A DNA stretch of 64,000 nucleotides from Bacteroidia bacterium (GTDB lineage: Bacteria; Bacteroidota; Bacteroidia; AKYH767-A; OLB10), in assembly GCA_038320345.1 (NCBI GenBank), contig JBBQED010000004.1, forward strand, positions 173,155 to 237,154, written 5' to 3'. Shown here piece by piece: positions 41,024-50,432 of the stretch. The stretch's first letter is position 1. Each line of letters starts with the position of its first letter. The notes beneath the pieces were generated by a model. That model saw nothing but the letters and a program-made list of their open reading frames with translations. It searched no databases and had not been told where the DNA came from. The position numbers and the translations under genes were made by a program.

Positions 41024-41473
41024 ATGAAAACTCCCCGAAAAATAATTTTTCTGATTGCTCTTGTAGTGGGATTTTGCGCGATAGCTTCCACCACTATTTA
41101 TGCTCAATCAAATGATCGAATAAAAATAATAATCGGACTCAGATCACATGCCAATTGGCTTGGTTATGATTGCGAAGGAAACAAAGGAATGTGCTTTGCG
41201 GTAAATGTATTTAACCGAAATGTCAACATTAGCAATTCAGGAATTGGAGAAATTAGTATTACTGGTGATAAAATGTTGCTGAACATCCTTGAAGATTCTT
41301 CCCCTGCTACGAATAGCGAAAATTATTTCTATGTCTATGAAGATAAGATTCTGGAAAGTGCGATTGCAGAACAATTAGGCTATACTACTATAACAATTAA
41401 AAAAGGAACCTATCCTCTGAATAAATCTAAAAACAGATTTGGTAGCGTTGAACTAAATGTTGTTACTCATTAA
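41024..41473 (+). CDS. Small secreted Cys-containing hypothetical protein (paralog A2)
   Basis: Same length (149 aa) and collinear similarity to A1 (MKTPRKIIFLIALVVGFCAIA...CEGNKGMC...AEQLGYTTITIKKGTYPLNKSKN). Confidence 0.6.
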   Translation: MKTPRKIIFLIALVVGFCAIASTTIYAQSNDRIKIIIGLRSHANWLGYDCEGNKGMCFAVNVFNRNVNISNSGIGEISITGDKMLLNILEDSSPATNSENYFYVYEDKILESAIAEQLGYTTITIKKGTYPLNKSKNRFGSVELNVVTH

Positions 41474-41486
41474 AAACCAACCCTCA

Positions 41487-41513
41487 CGAGGCAGAATATT
41501 CTGCCTCGTTTAA
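41487..41513 (+). terminator. Intrinsic terminator-like hairpin
   Basis: 11-bp stem cgaggcagaat / attctgcctcg followed by ttt. The U-tract is short. Confidence 0.45.
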
Positions 41514-41523
41514 AAACATTATA

Positions 41524-42129
41524 ATGAAAAAAATAAACCTCTTTCTGCTGTTGATTATTTCCGTATTGCAAATAAGTAGCTGTGATATCGAAGGAAAACT
41601 ATTTCGTGATAAAGATGATGGCACTTCTTCACTTAGCGATAACGATAAAACCAGAATTAATAAGTATGAAGGACAAAATCCGAAAGATTTGACTGGAGGT
41701 ATTTATACCGTAAACAGCAATGATATAAAAATGATGAGTTCATTTCATGACTATAATTGGACAATGATAATGGCCTCATGGTGTCCTCATTGTGCCGTTG
41801 ATTTTCCGTTAAAAGTAAAACTAACCGATAGTCTCTCACAAACAAAAGATCTTTTGTTTATCCCTGTTTTTGTAAATTATAATATGAAGGAAACAGACCG
41901 GATAATTAAAGAAGCTGGTTATAAAGGCCCGGTTTTTATCTTGAGCAACAGTTATTTGGGAACTAATGAAACAGCTAAGCATCTTAAGTTCGTTAAGGAA
42001 GTTTTTAATCATGATCAACCAAGTAACATGGTTCCACATCATCTTATTAGCAATAAAAACAACGAATTGTTATTTGAAAAACTTGGCGAGCTCAGAAATA
42101 CTGACACTTTAAAAACTGTTTTTCATTAA
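41524..42129 (+). CDS. Thioredoxin-like lipoprotein (paralog B1) with a WCPHC active-site motif
   Basis: Lipobox LQISSCD. The thioredoxin-fold context is ...WTMIMASWCPHCAVDFPL... Confidence 0.6.
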   Translation: MKKINLFLLLIISVLQISSCDIEGKLFRDKDDGTSSLSDNDKTRINKYEGQNPKDLTGGIYTVNSNDIKMMSSFHDYNWTMIMASWCPHCAVDFPLKVKLTDSLSQTKDLLFIPVFVNYNMKETDRIIKEAGYKGPVFILSNSYLGTNETAKHLKFVKEVFNHDQPSNMVPHHLISNKNNELLFEKLGELRNTDTLKTVFH

Positions 42130-42206
42130 AGGAATTCATACTCTTGATAAATTATTTCAAATTGTATCATTCTCCTATTCACTACATTTGAGGAACTGGA
42201 ATTCCT

Positions 42207-42821
42207 ATGAAAACTATCTCCTCCGTTTTAGTTTATCTTTTATGCGCTGTGCTTTTCTGCAGCTGTTCGCCAAAAACAGGATTTGCACAAAGGCTTGATG
42301 GTTCCGATCGTTTGAGTCATTCCGACAGTATGACCATCAACATTTATGACGGACAGCCTTTGAAGACCATGAGCTCAGGTTTTTATCTAATTAAAGCTTC
42401 CGACATCACACCCATGCTTAAAGAAAGTAAAATCACGTGGGTAGTAATTTTATCGTCCAACGACTCAGGAGCAGTAACTGACTTCACGAATTATACTGCC
42501 TTCTGGGATAGTATTCGACACAATATCAATATTGGGTTTATCCCGATTTTTTTGAATTATGATATCCAACAAACCCGTAAACTTCTCGCTGCTTCAGGTT
42601 ATGGAGGAACAGTTTTTATTGTCGATGCAGGAGTCTATGGAAAAGATGAATCATCGAAACACCAACAATTTGTTAGCGAACTCTTTGGAGCACCATCTTA
42701 TAAACTGATCTTCCCGGATCATTTTATTTGTGACAACACTTTAAAAATCAGGTATCATTTTAATGGTCCGAAGATTTCAGGGGCAGATATCCTTTCAGGG
42801 ATCCTTCCATCTAAAAAATAA
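42207..42821 (+). CDS. Thioredoxin-like lipoprotein paralog (B2) in which the CxxC active site is degenerate
   Basis: Lipobox LFCSCS. It is collinear with B1 (YDGQ..., FIPIFLNYD, SGYGGTVFI, KHQQFVSELF), but the catalytic segment reads WVVILSSNDSGAVTDF instead of WTMIMASWCPHCAVDF. Confidence 0.55.
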   Translation: MKTISSVLVYLLCAVLFCSCSPKTGFAQRLDGSDRLSHSDSMTINIYDGQPLKTMSSGFYLIKASDITPMLKESKITWVVILSSNDSGAVTDFTNYTAFWDSIRHNINIGFIPIFLNYDIQQTRKLLAASGYGGTVFIVDAGVYGKDESSKHQQFVSELFGAPSYKLIFPDHFICDNTLKIRYHFNGPKISGADILSGILPSKK

Positions 42822-42860
42822 AAGGGATTAGTTTTTAAAATAATCCACCTCGGCTTTTTA

Positions 42861-42868
42861 TACCTTTG
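42861..42868 (+). promoter_or_regulatory. -7 box tacctttgcac (TAnnTTTG class) upstream of the acyl-CoA dehydrogenase gene
   Basis: ttatacctttgcaccg lies 47 bp upstream of the ATG at 42916. Confidence 0.45.
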
Positions 42869-42915
42869 CACCGTATGTATGTGCCTATTATATTGGCACC
42901 TTCAAGAACAAAACT

Positions 42916-44094
42916 ATGTCAAAAGACCGCTTTCAAGGCCACGATTATTACCTTATGGATGAGTTACTTACAGAAGAACATCGCTTAATTCGCGATACTG
43001 TAAGGGAATGGGTGAAAAGAGATGTATCCCCTATTATTGAAGAATATGCTCAAAAAGCAGAGTTTCCGAAGCAGATTTTAAAAGGTCTGGCAGAAATCGG
43101 GGCTTTTGGTCCTTATATCCCTACTGAATATGGAGGAGGGGGGCTGGATCAGATTTCTTATGGTCTCATCATGCAGGAAGTGGAACGTGGTGACTCTGGA
43201 GTACGCTCCACTGCTTCGGTACAAAGCTCACTCGTGATGTATCCTATTTATACTTACGGAACTGAAGAGCAACGTAAAAAATATCTTCCAAAACTTGCAA
43301 CGGGAGAGATGATGGGTTGCTTTGGACTAACAGAACCTGATCACGGATCTAACCCTAGCGGAATGATCACCAACTATAAAGACGCGGGCGATCATGTGAT
43401 ATTAAATGGTGCTAAAATGTGGATCTCGAATGCACCGTTTGCAGATATTGCGGTTGTTTGGGCAAAAGACGAAGCGGGTGATATCCGTGGACTTGTTGTA
43501 GAGCGTGGAATGGAAGGATTCACAACACCTGAAACGCATGGTAAATGGTCGTTGCGTGCATCGTCAACTGGAGAGTTGGTTTTCGATAACGTAAAAGTTC
43601 CTAAAGCAAATATTTTCCCAACTGTAAAAGGATTAAAAGGGCCATTAGGCTGTTTAAATTCTGCACGTTATGGTATTGCTTGGGGAGCCATTGGTGCTGC
43701 TATGGATTGTTATGATACTGCACTGCGCTATTCCAAAGAACGTGTGCAATTTGGTCGTCCAATTGGAGGATTTCAATTGCAACAGAAAAAACTAGCGGAG
43801 ATGATTACTGAAATCACCAAAGCACAATTACTAACGTGGAGATTGGGAGTACTAAAAAATGAAAACCGTGCAACTCCTGCACAAATTTCTATGGCGAAAC
43901 GTAACAATGTAAATATGGCGGTTCAGATTGCACGTGAAGCTCGTCAGATGTTAGGAGGAATGGGAATTACAGGAGAGTATCCAATCATGCGTCATATGAT
44001 GAATCTGGAATCTGTAATTACCTATGAAGGAACGCATGATATTCATTTGCTGATAACAGGAATGGACGTTACTGGATTGAATGCCTTTACCTAA
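42916..44094 (+). CDS. Acyl-CoA dehydrogenase, glutaryl-CoA dehydrogenase-like
   Basis: ACAD N-terminal, middle and C-terminal signatures (…CFGLTEPDHGSNPSGM…, …WISNAPFADIAVVWAK…, …QMLGGMGITGEYPIMRHMMNLESVITYEGTHDIH…). The pattern is closest to the GCDH subfamily. Confidence 0.9.
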   Translation: MSKDRFQGHDYYLMDELLTEEHRLIRDTVREWVKRDVSPIIEEYAQKAEFPKQILKGLAEIGAFGPYIPTEYGGGGLDQISYGLIMQEVERGDSGVRSTASVQSSLVMYPIYTYGTEEQRKKYLPKLATGEMMGCFGLTEPDHGSNPSGMITNYKDAGDHVILNGAKMWISNAPFADIAVVWAKDEAGDIRGLVVERGMEGFTTPETHGKWSLRASSTGELVFDNVKVPKANIFPTVKGLKGPLGCLNSARYGIAWGAIGAAMDCYDTALRYSKERVQFGRPIGGFQLQQKKLAEMITEITKAQLLTWRLGVLKNENRATPAQISMAKRNNVNMAVQIAREARQMLGGMGITGEYPIMRHMMNLESVITYEGTHDIHLLITGMDVTGLNAFT

Positions 44095-44176
44095 TTCGTG
44101 AATAAATTAAATAGTTAAATAACTATTCTGAATTTTTCAATTTGTTCTTTTAGATTAGTATTTCTGAAATCAATAT

Positions 44177-44212
44177 AGCCCGAAAGTGTAATTGCTTTTG
44201 GGCTTTTTTATT
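44177..44212 (+). terminator. Rho-independent terminator
   Basis: Stem agcccgaaag / cttttgggct (one mismatch) followed by tttttatttc. Confidence 0.5.
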
Positions 44213-44487
44213 TCATGAATAGGGAGTTGTCAATTCAGCATTCAGCATTTTTTCAATCCGCTAATTTGAATTGGAGCAACTAGAATTTGATAAAAACATT
44301 CCAAAAGATTCTTTGCTTGTGGATTTACAAAATCGTGAATCCTGAGAAGCCTATGACTTATGAAATTAATTAGGAGTTATGAATGATCCCTACCAAAATA
44401 AAGTGGACTCTTCTAAACGAGTGTTTATGCAGACTAAATAATTAATTCTGGGAAAAGTCGTTCACAGAGCTACCGACAGAAAGGGGA

Positions 44488-44859
44488 TTAAAATGAGAAA
44501 TTCGCTTCCCAGGCATTAAAAAGTTCATTGAGGAAAAGGTTTTCCATTGGGGTCACATTTTTATCTGCAACTACCAGACGTACAGCCATATCCAGAAAAT
44601 GAGTACGATCATCCGGAGTAGAGTCCAGATAGAAGGCATTCATCGCATCATTAAAGAAAACGGGGTAATCAGTGGGGTCGAGTGAGCTTAAAATTTCCAT
44701 TTCCCCATCCAGATTAACACGACCAGGGAAGCTTTCCACCATATACTGTTTAATAACACTATCTTCCTTCGCATTAAAAATACCATCTACCGCTGAGAGA
44801 ATCATCAACATACGGTAACCGGCAACAGTTTTATTCATCGTATTCATCACATACATCAT
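44488..44859 (-). CDS. Hypothetical protein, possibly TerB-like
   Basis: …YRMLMILSAVDGIFNAKEDSVIKQYM… loosely resembles a TerB-type helical domain. This is a weak call. Confidence 0.35.
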   Translation of the reverse strand: MMYVMNTMNKTVAGYRMLMILSAVDGIFNAKEDSVIKQYMVESFPGRVNLDGEMEILSSLDPTDYPVFFNDAMNAFYLDSTPDDRTHFLDMAVRLVVADKNVTPMENLFLNELFNAWEANFSF

Positions 44860-45058
44860 TTAGTATAGCTAATATAACAAAAGTATCTGATTGTTAGTGT
44901 ATTTCAGATAAAATTCTTTTTCAGGCAGCTAAAGTAGCTGATGTAGTGTAACATTTGGGCACCTGAAATGGTTAAAATAAATGAATCTTCATTCTTACTC
45001 CTTTGAAAGAGAAGATTCACTAGTTTTGCATCCGCCTTTCAAGGTATTGATACAAAAT

Positions 45059-45129
45059 GGTCGTGTGGCCGAGCGGTTAGGCTGAGGTCTGCAAAACCTC
45101 CTACAGCGGTTCAAATCCGCTCGCGACCT
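45059..45129 (+). tRNA. tRNA-Cys (anticodon GCA)
   Basis: GGTCGTGTGGCCGAGCGGTTAGGCTGAGGTCTGCAAAACCTCCTACAGCGGTTCAAATCCGCTCGCGACCT. The acceptor stem is GGTCGTG/CGCGACC with a U-G pair, the anticodon loop is CTGCAAA, the T-arm is GGTTCAAATCC and the discriminator is U. Confidence 0.85.
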
Positions 45130-45136
45130 CAACAGA

Positions 45137-45178
45137 AACATCCTTTCCCGCCTGCGGGAAGGGATGTTTTGCTTTTAG
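45137..45178 (+). terminator. Intrinsic terminator for tRNA-Cys
   Basis: ~15-bp stem aacatcctttcccgc / gcgggaagggatgtt (one mismatch) followed by ttgctttt. Confidence 0.65.
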
Positions 45179-45202
45179 GCAAAGCCAAGCTCGCTTGAGC
45201 TG

Positions 45203-45248
45203 CAGAATAAAAGCAAAACATCCCTTGCACTTCGTGCAAGGGATGTTT
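45203..45248 (-). terminator. Intrinsic terminator for the minus-strand SRPBCC gene. Its hairpin arms share sequence with the tRNA-Cys terminator.
   Basis: On the plus strand this is aaacatcccttgcac ttcg gtgcaagggatgttt, a perfect 15-bp stem. On the minus strand it is followed by tgcttttattc. Confidence 0.65.
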
Positions 45249-45289
45249 CTGATTGATCGTACGGTGAATTTTATAAAATAAATGGATCT

Positions 45290-45673
45290 TCACTCCGGTC
45301 TAAAAAAATCTACAATCTCGCCGAAATAATTTTGTTGCCATCCTTCGGTAATATCTTCGTATGCTTCATCCGGAATATTAGTATGAATAACTTCGGCTGA
45401 GGTCCCTTGTTTATGGGGATGCAATTTAATAGTGACTATTGAATGTTCTTCTTGATCACCGAAATACCATTGTTGAACAATTTTTTTATCGATTTCGAAT
45501 TCTAGATTCTTTCCTGTGATAGAGCCATCCCACAAAGAAAATTCTGAATCTGGTTCCGTCGACATTTCAGCAGGTTCGCCGGTCCAGATCTGAATAGTAA
45601 GTGGATTCGTCAATGCTGCATAAACATCCGAAGGCTCAGCAGAAACTATAAAGTAAGATTTGTAGTTTTTCAA
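45290..45673 (-). CDS. SRPBCC-superfamily protein (AHSA1/Aha1-like activator of Hsp90 ATPase domain)
   Basis: …YFIVSAEPSDVYAALTNPLTIQIWTGEPAEM…LWDGSITGKNLEFEIDKKIVQQWYF… is typical of the polyketide-cyclase/Aha1-like fold. Confidence 0.7.
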   Translation of the reverse strand: MKNYKSYFIVSAEPSDVYAALTNPLTIQIWTGEPAEMSTEPDSEFSLWDGSITGKNLEFEIDKKIVQQWYFGDQEEHSIVTIKLHPHKQGTSAEVIHTNIPDEAYEDITEGWQQNYFGEIVDFFRPE

Positions 45674-46065
45674 TTTATATAGTATTGAGGCCAGCCTTTA
45701 TTTTTGCAAGAAGGCTCAACTCAAAAGTAGTAAAACAGTATGACTTCATTCATTCACTCTTGCTTAATGAAGAGCAAATTTTTCTTCATAAATCCAGAAA
45801 AGCCCAAACAGTGAATTTGGTAAGTTGTAACTAGATCTACCCTACGCAAGGTTCAACTCAAAGAAATTCGAAGGTTTGAAATTAAACCTAATCTACCAAC
45901 TTATATCCACCCTTGATAGTCAAAATTGCTAAAATCTACATCCATAACTATTAATTCGTAAATTGTCCTTCTTTAACTTGCTAATTTCAACAAATTTTCT
46001 ACCTTTATTAAGAGACTAGCCTTTCTTCTATTGAAACTTTTGATTTTCTGTAACCTAACGCACCT

Positions 46066-48924
46066 ATGAGCATGAAAAAAGTACACTTCATCTTACCTCT
46101 TTTGATTTTACTAGGTGTATTAAAAGCGAACATCAGTAAAGCGCAATTTATATATATCAATGGTCCAGGCACTGACTTTTGCAACTCTCAGGTGGTAAAC
46201 TATACTTTAGGAAATTATGATCCCACTTATAATTATGAATGGTATATATCTGCGCCTGCTTTCGATTATAGTCAAACAGGACTTTATACGGAAACATTCG
46301 TAGGTTCAAGTCAATCCATAACAATCTCAACTCCCTATAATTCGGGGCATGATATTCTCGTAAGAAAAATTGATCCTTCCACATTAAATGTAATTGACGG
46401 AGCTTCTTTAGCTGCTGTGGGGAACATGAGTCCTTATACTATTCCTTCCTATTATAATAATAATTCATGTGGTTATCTTGAGGTTCCTCATCCTTTTTCT
46501 ATGAATTTCTTTGGTGCAGGTTTGCGTTGGTCGATGTGGTACAAAAACGGAGTTCCTACTGGTTGGCAATATCCTCACTTCGATGGGCCCTTTACAAACG
46601 GAGGAGTTTATCAATATAAATTATTATTGACTTGTGGAGACACATTATCTACAGCACCAATTACTGTATTAGGCGATCCAATACCTGTAGTTACCGCTTC
46701 GGGACCAACTATATTCTGCAATGGGGATTCAGTAACGTTGACTCTGCAAACACCTGGATTTAGTGTGTGGAATTGGTTGAAAAATGGAAATAGTATTGCT
46801 GGAACAAGTGGCAAGACAGAACTTAAAGTATTTGAAAGCGGCAACTATTCCATTCAAGTTTACAACGGGACAGGAGGTGGTGGAAATTGCTTTCAACTTT
46901 CTGCTCCTATTACTGTAACTAAAAATAGTGGGCCATTAATTACCAACGCTAGCGTCGGATGTACAGGGGATTCAGTATTGCTGCAATGCAATGCAGCAAC
47001 GACTTATTTGTGGAAGAAAAATGGAAGCAATATCAGCGGTGCTAACACACAAAATATTTGGGTAAAAACCACCGGAAATTATCAGGTAGTAACTACAGGC
47101 TTAACATGTAATACGAGTGCTTCGAAAACCATTACCTTTTATCCTAAGTCAACAATAAGCGTTACTCCTTCTGGCTCCGTATCATTGTGTAACGGTAATG
47201 CAACTACACTAGTTGCTAGTGGAAATAATATTTTCAAATATGAATGGTATAGAAATAATATCGCATTAGTTGGAGCAAATTTCACTGCATTAACTGTTAC
47301 AAAAGGAGGTGCTTATAAATGTGTTGTTACAAACGAAGTGGGATGTACGAAAACATCAGCTCCTACATCAGTTTCAATTCCTGCGTCAACGGCATTACCG
47401 GTAAACACTCTGACATTGCAACCAGATACAGCAGGAATTGACTCATGGGTAACTTGTGAATTTGGAAATTTTAGCACTAATTACAAGAATACTCCATTGA
47501 TGGAAATTTCGAATTGGTATAAATATTTTCGTACTGCGGAGCGCATGGTCTTGAAATTCGATTTAAGTAAACTACCTGTTAATTCTCCTATAGTAAGTTC
47601 GAATTTGAAATTATGGATTGATACTATTGCTACCAAACATAATACAGCACAAAATTTAAATTTCAAGAGATTCATTCAAGACTGGGCAGAAAATACAATA
47701 AGCTGGAGTAATGAACCTGATTCCACTACTTTTCAATCAGTGATGATTCCACTTCAAACTCTTAGTTCGAAAACTTATCTCAATGCAAATATCATTGACT
47801 TTGTTAAACATTGGTCCTATAATCCGACTGAAAATTATGGCATGCTCATTCAGATGGATGAACTCTACGAATATGGATGGTGGATGGAAATTGCCTCCGG
47901 CGATAATGCCTCGGCAAGTCATCGCCCGAAATTAACTATTCAATATTCCTATGCGAAAATAGATAGCAGCGGACCGCTACATTTATGTACAGGAGGGTCG
48001 GTAACATTCACTACTAATGCAGGCTATACCTATCAATGGTATAAAAACGGAGTAGCCATCGCAGGAGCTACAAGTGTGAATTATACTACTTCAACCGCCG
48101 GAAGCTACTATGTCGTTCTTTCTAATAATAGTGGATGCTCTGTAACATCTTCAACGAAAATAATTACTATTAATGGAGTGCCTAATTCAATAATTACTGC
48201 AACAGGAAATGGCATTTTATGTCTTGGTAGCTCTTTAACTTTAAGCGTAGATAGCTTAGCGGGTTACAATTTTCTATGGAAACGCAATGGCAGTATAATC
48301 GCTGGAGCTACACAAAGAAAATACAGTATCACATTAGGAGGAACCTATTCAGTTACTATAACTAGCAACTGTGGAGTGAGCGCTACCGGAAGTTCAAATT
48401 ATACGATGGTTTCTAATCCTACTGCAACACTTACGGCTGGTGGTCCTACTACTTTCTGTAATGGACAATCCGTTTTATTTACTGCTAATAATTATACGGG
48501 AGTTACCTATCAATGGAGAAAGAACGGCTTAGAACTTAATGGTCAAACCGCTCAATCTTATCTTGCAAATACAGCCGGCTACTATTCTGTAAGGGAAAAT
48601 GCGAATGGATGTTTTAGGACATCCTCTGGAGCGGTAGTTACTATCAATTGCCGAGAGGGGAGTTTTGAAGAAAAGAATTCATCAATACTCGTTTTGCCTA
48701 ATCCTTTTACGAGTTCAACAGAACTGATTGTACCAGAAGATCTCCAAACCGATCAATTAAAATTTATGCTTTTTGATTTGAATGGAAAATTAATTGTGGT
48801 GATTCCATGCACTGGAAAAAGTACATTTCTACATAGATTGAACCTTAAAGCCGGAATGTATCTCTTAAAAACATTTAATGATGAGCTTGAAATAGGGATT
48901 AATAAAATCCTCATCCAGGATTAA
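46066..48924 (+). CDS. T9SS-secreted surface protein with about seven Ig-like ~65-aa repeats, a central DNRLRE/CBM96-like domain and a C-terminal Por sorting domain
   Basis: Signal peptide; repeated modules of the form C.G.S..L….Y.W.KNG..I.GA…Y……G.Y.V…..GC..(S/T)S…I (for example CTGGSVTFTTNAGYTYQWYKNGVAIAGATSVNYTTSTAGSYYVVLSNNSGCSVTSS); central …WSNEPD…ASGDNASASHRPKLTIQY…; C-terminus …LVLPNPFTSSTELIV…LKAGMYLLKT…. Confidence 0.65.
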   Translation: MSMKKVHFILPLLILLGVLKANISKAQFIYINGPGTDFCNSQVVNYTLGNYDPTYNYEWYISAPAFDYSQTGLYTETFVGSSQSITISTPYNSGHDILVRKIDPSTLNVIDGASLAAVGNMSPYTIPSYYNNNSCGYLEVPHPFSMNFFGAGLRWSMWYKNGVPTGWQYPHFDGPFTNGGVYQYKLLLTCGDTLSTAPITVLGDPIPVVTASGPTIFCNGDSVTLTLQTPGFSVWNWLKNGNSIAGTSGKTELKVFESGNYSIQVYNGTGGGGNCFQLSAPITVTKNSGPLITNASVGCTGDSVLLQCNAATTYLWKKNGSNISGANTQNIWVKTTGNYQVVTTGLTCNTSASKTITFYPKSTISVTPSGSVSLCNGNATTLVASGNNIFKYEWYRNNIALVGANFTALTVTKGGAYKCVVTNEVGCTKTSAPTSVSIPASTALPVNTLTLQPDTAGIDSWVTCEFGNFSTNYKNTPLMEISNWYKYFRTAERMVLKFDLSKLPVNSPIVSSNLKLWIDTIATKHNTAQNLNFKRFIQDWAENTISWSNEPDSTTFQSVMIPLQTLSSKTYLNANIIDFVKHWSYNPTENYGMLIQMDELYEYGWWMEIASGDNASASHRPKLTIQYSYAKIDSSGPLHLCTGGSVTFTTNAGYTYQWYKNGVAIAGATSVNYTTSTAGSYYVVLSNNSGCSVTSSTKIITINGVPNSIITATGNGILCLGSSLTLSVDSLAGYNFLWKRNGSIIAGATQRKYSITLGGTYSVTITSNCGVSATGSSNYTMVSNPTATLTAGGPTTFCNGQSVLFTANNYTGVTYQWRKNGLELNGQTAQSYLANTAGYYSVRENANGCFRTSSGAVVTINCREGSFEEKNSSILVLPNPFTSSTELIVPEDLQTDQLKFMLFDLNGKLIVVIPCTGKSTFLHRLNLKAGMYLLKTFNDELEIGINKILIQD

Positions 48925-49082
48925 GTTAAAAAATCGAAAAATAAAAAGCAGACTATCGAAAAATGACAGCCCGCTATTTGAAAAAATACAACCGATTTTT
49001 AGTATTATTATTTTACTACTGTCAATTTGAGTTAATTACTATTTATTCGACTCACCTTCTTTAAAGGGTGAGCAGGTAACAT

Positions 49083-49331
49083 TTAATTGAAATATTTTAA
49101 AAGGATTGACTGGTTATTGATTTCTTTCATTCCGAGTTCTACATTTTTGATCTCCTCGAAAAGACACAGCGTGAAACCAGTAGAAAAACCGGCAATCAGT
49201 ATAATGATAAAAATTAACGGGTCGTTTAAAAGCAGTGCCGCAACGAGACCGACGAATAATCCAACTCCGCATGATACCAGCATAAAACCATGATCCATCA
49301 ACGTTAATACATTCTTCCAGCTCTCTTTCAT
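49083..49331 (-). CDS. Small two-TM membrane protein (hypothetical)
   Basis: Two hydrophobic helices (VSCGVGLFVGLVAALLL, IFIIILIAGFSTGFTLCLF). It is more protein-like than the antisense ORF 49087-49293. Confidence 0.35.
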   Translation of the reverse strand: MKESWKNVLTLMDHGFMLVSCGVGLFVGLVAALLLNDPLIFIIILIAGFSTGFTLCLFEEIKNVELGMKEINNQSILLKYFN

Positions 49332-49647
49332 GATATTCTATTTTGAATAATAAATCTATTTAATACTACAAATAAAGGAATACATGAGGAACCGATATCC
49401 CCCAATCTATTGATCAGTAGAAAATCTTAGCATTCAGGGAAATTACTGAGAATTCGGCACCGAGTTGGTCTAGAATATTTCTTAAAATAATCATTAGCTA
49501 CGCAATTAAACATCTCGTTAAAGTGCGAAGTACGTAATGATATATGTAAGAAGAAAGTAGAATCGGCGCAAAAATAAAAGAAAAATTAGGCATTCGAAAT
49601 CTAAAAATCGCAATAATTTCAGATCAAATTAACGATTTGTGTTCAAA

Positions 49648-50400
49648 CTAAAACTTATCAAATAGCGCGAAGAACTCTTCTCGTCTTGCACGAGCGATCG
49701 TAATTTGAGTACCGTTATTCATAATAACATATCCACCATCACTCCGCACAAATTTTTTGATCTGGTTCAAATTTACCACGAAAGAATTATGAATCCTATG
49801 AAAATCATTTCCTGAAAGTGTATCCTCAAATTCCTTTAAAGATCTGGCAAGCAACATACGTTCACCATTGGTGAGGTGGACATACGTATAATTACTTTCC
49901 GACTGACAATACATAATTTCATCTGTATTCACGAAAATTAATCCATCGCCCGTGGACAAAGCTACTCGTTGTGGCTTTGAATGCTGAAGCCTGATGTTTT
50001 GCAAGAGTAATTCGAATTGCTCTTTGTAAGGTGTATTATTCGATGACTGATATCTCTTAATAGTATCCTTTAAATCATCTGGATCGATAGGCTTTAACAG
50101 GTAATCTAAGGCACTATAACGAAAAGCCTTTATAGCAAATTGGTTATAAGCGGTAGTAAAAATTACATTAAAATGGATTTTTCCCAATTTCTCGAGCATT
50201 TCGAAACCATTCATCTTTGGCATTTCAATATCTAGAAACACTAGATCGGGCTTAAACTCTTGAATAGCTACTATTCCTTGTTCTGCGCTTTCACAAGTTT
50301 TATCAATTATCAGATCTGGACAATGCATTTGAATGGTAAGTTCCAATGAAGTGATGCATTGTTTTTCGTCATCGATAATTATACAATGGCTTTTACTCAT
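49648..50400 (-). CDS. LytTR-family response regulator (REC + LytTR DNA-binding domain)
   Basis: REC (IIIDDE…DLVFLDIEMPKMNG…) plus LytTR (…RVALSTGDGLIFVNTDEIMYCQSESNYTYVHLTNGERMLLARSLKEFEDTL…FHRIHNSFVVNL). Confidence 0.9.
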   Translation of the reverse strand: MSKSHCIIIDDEKQCITSLELTIQMHCPDLIIDKTCESAEQGIVAIQEFKPDLVFLDIEMPKMNGFEMLEKLGKIHFNVIFTTAYNQFAIKAFRYSALDYLLKPIDPDDLKDTIKRYQSSNNTPYKEQFELLLQNIRLQHSKPQRVALSTGDGLIFVNTDEIMYCQSESNYTYVHLTNGERMLLARSLKEFEDTLSGNDFHRIHNSFVVNLNQIKKFVRSDGGYVIMNNGTQITIARARREEFFALFDKF

Positions 50401-50432
50401 AGCTTTCTGATTATGAACTTTTAAATTAAATA

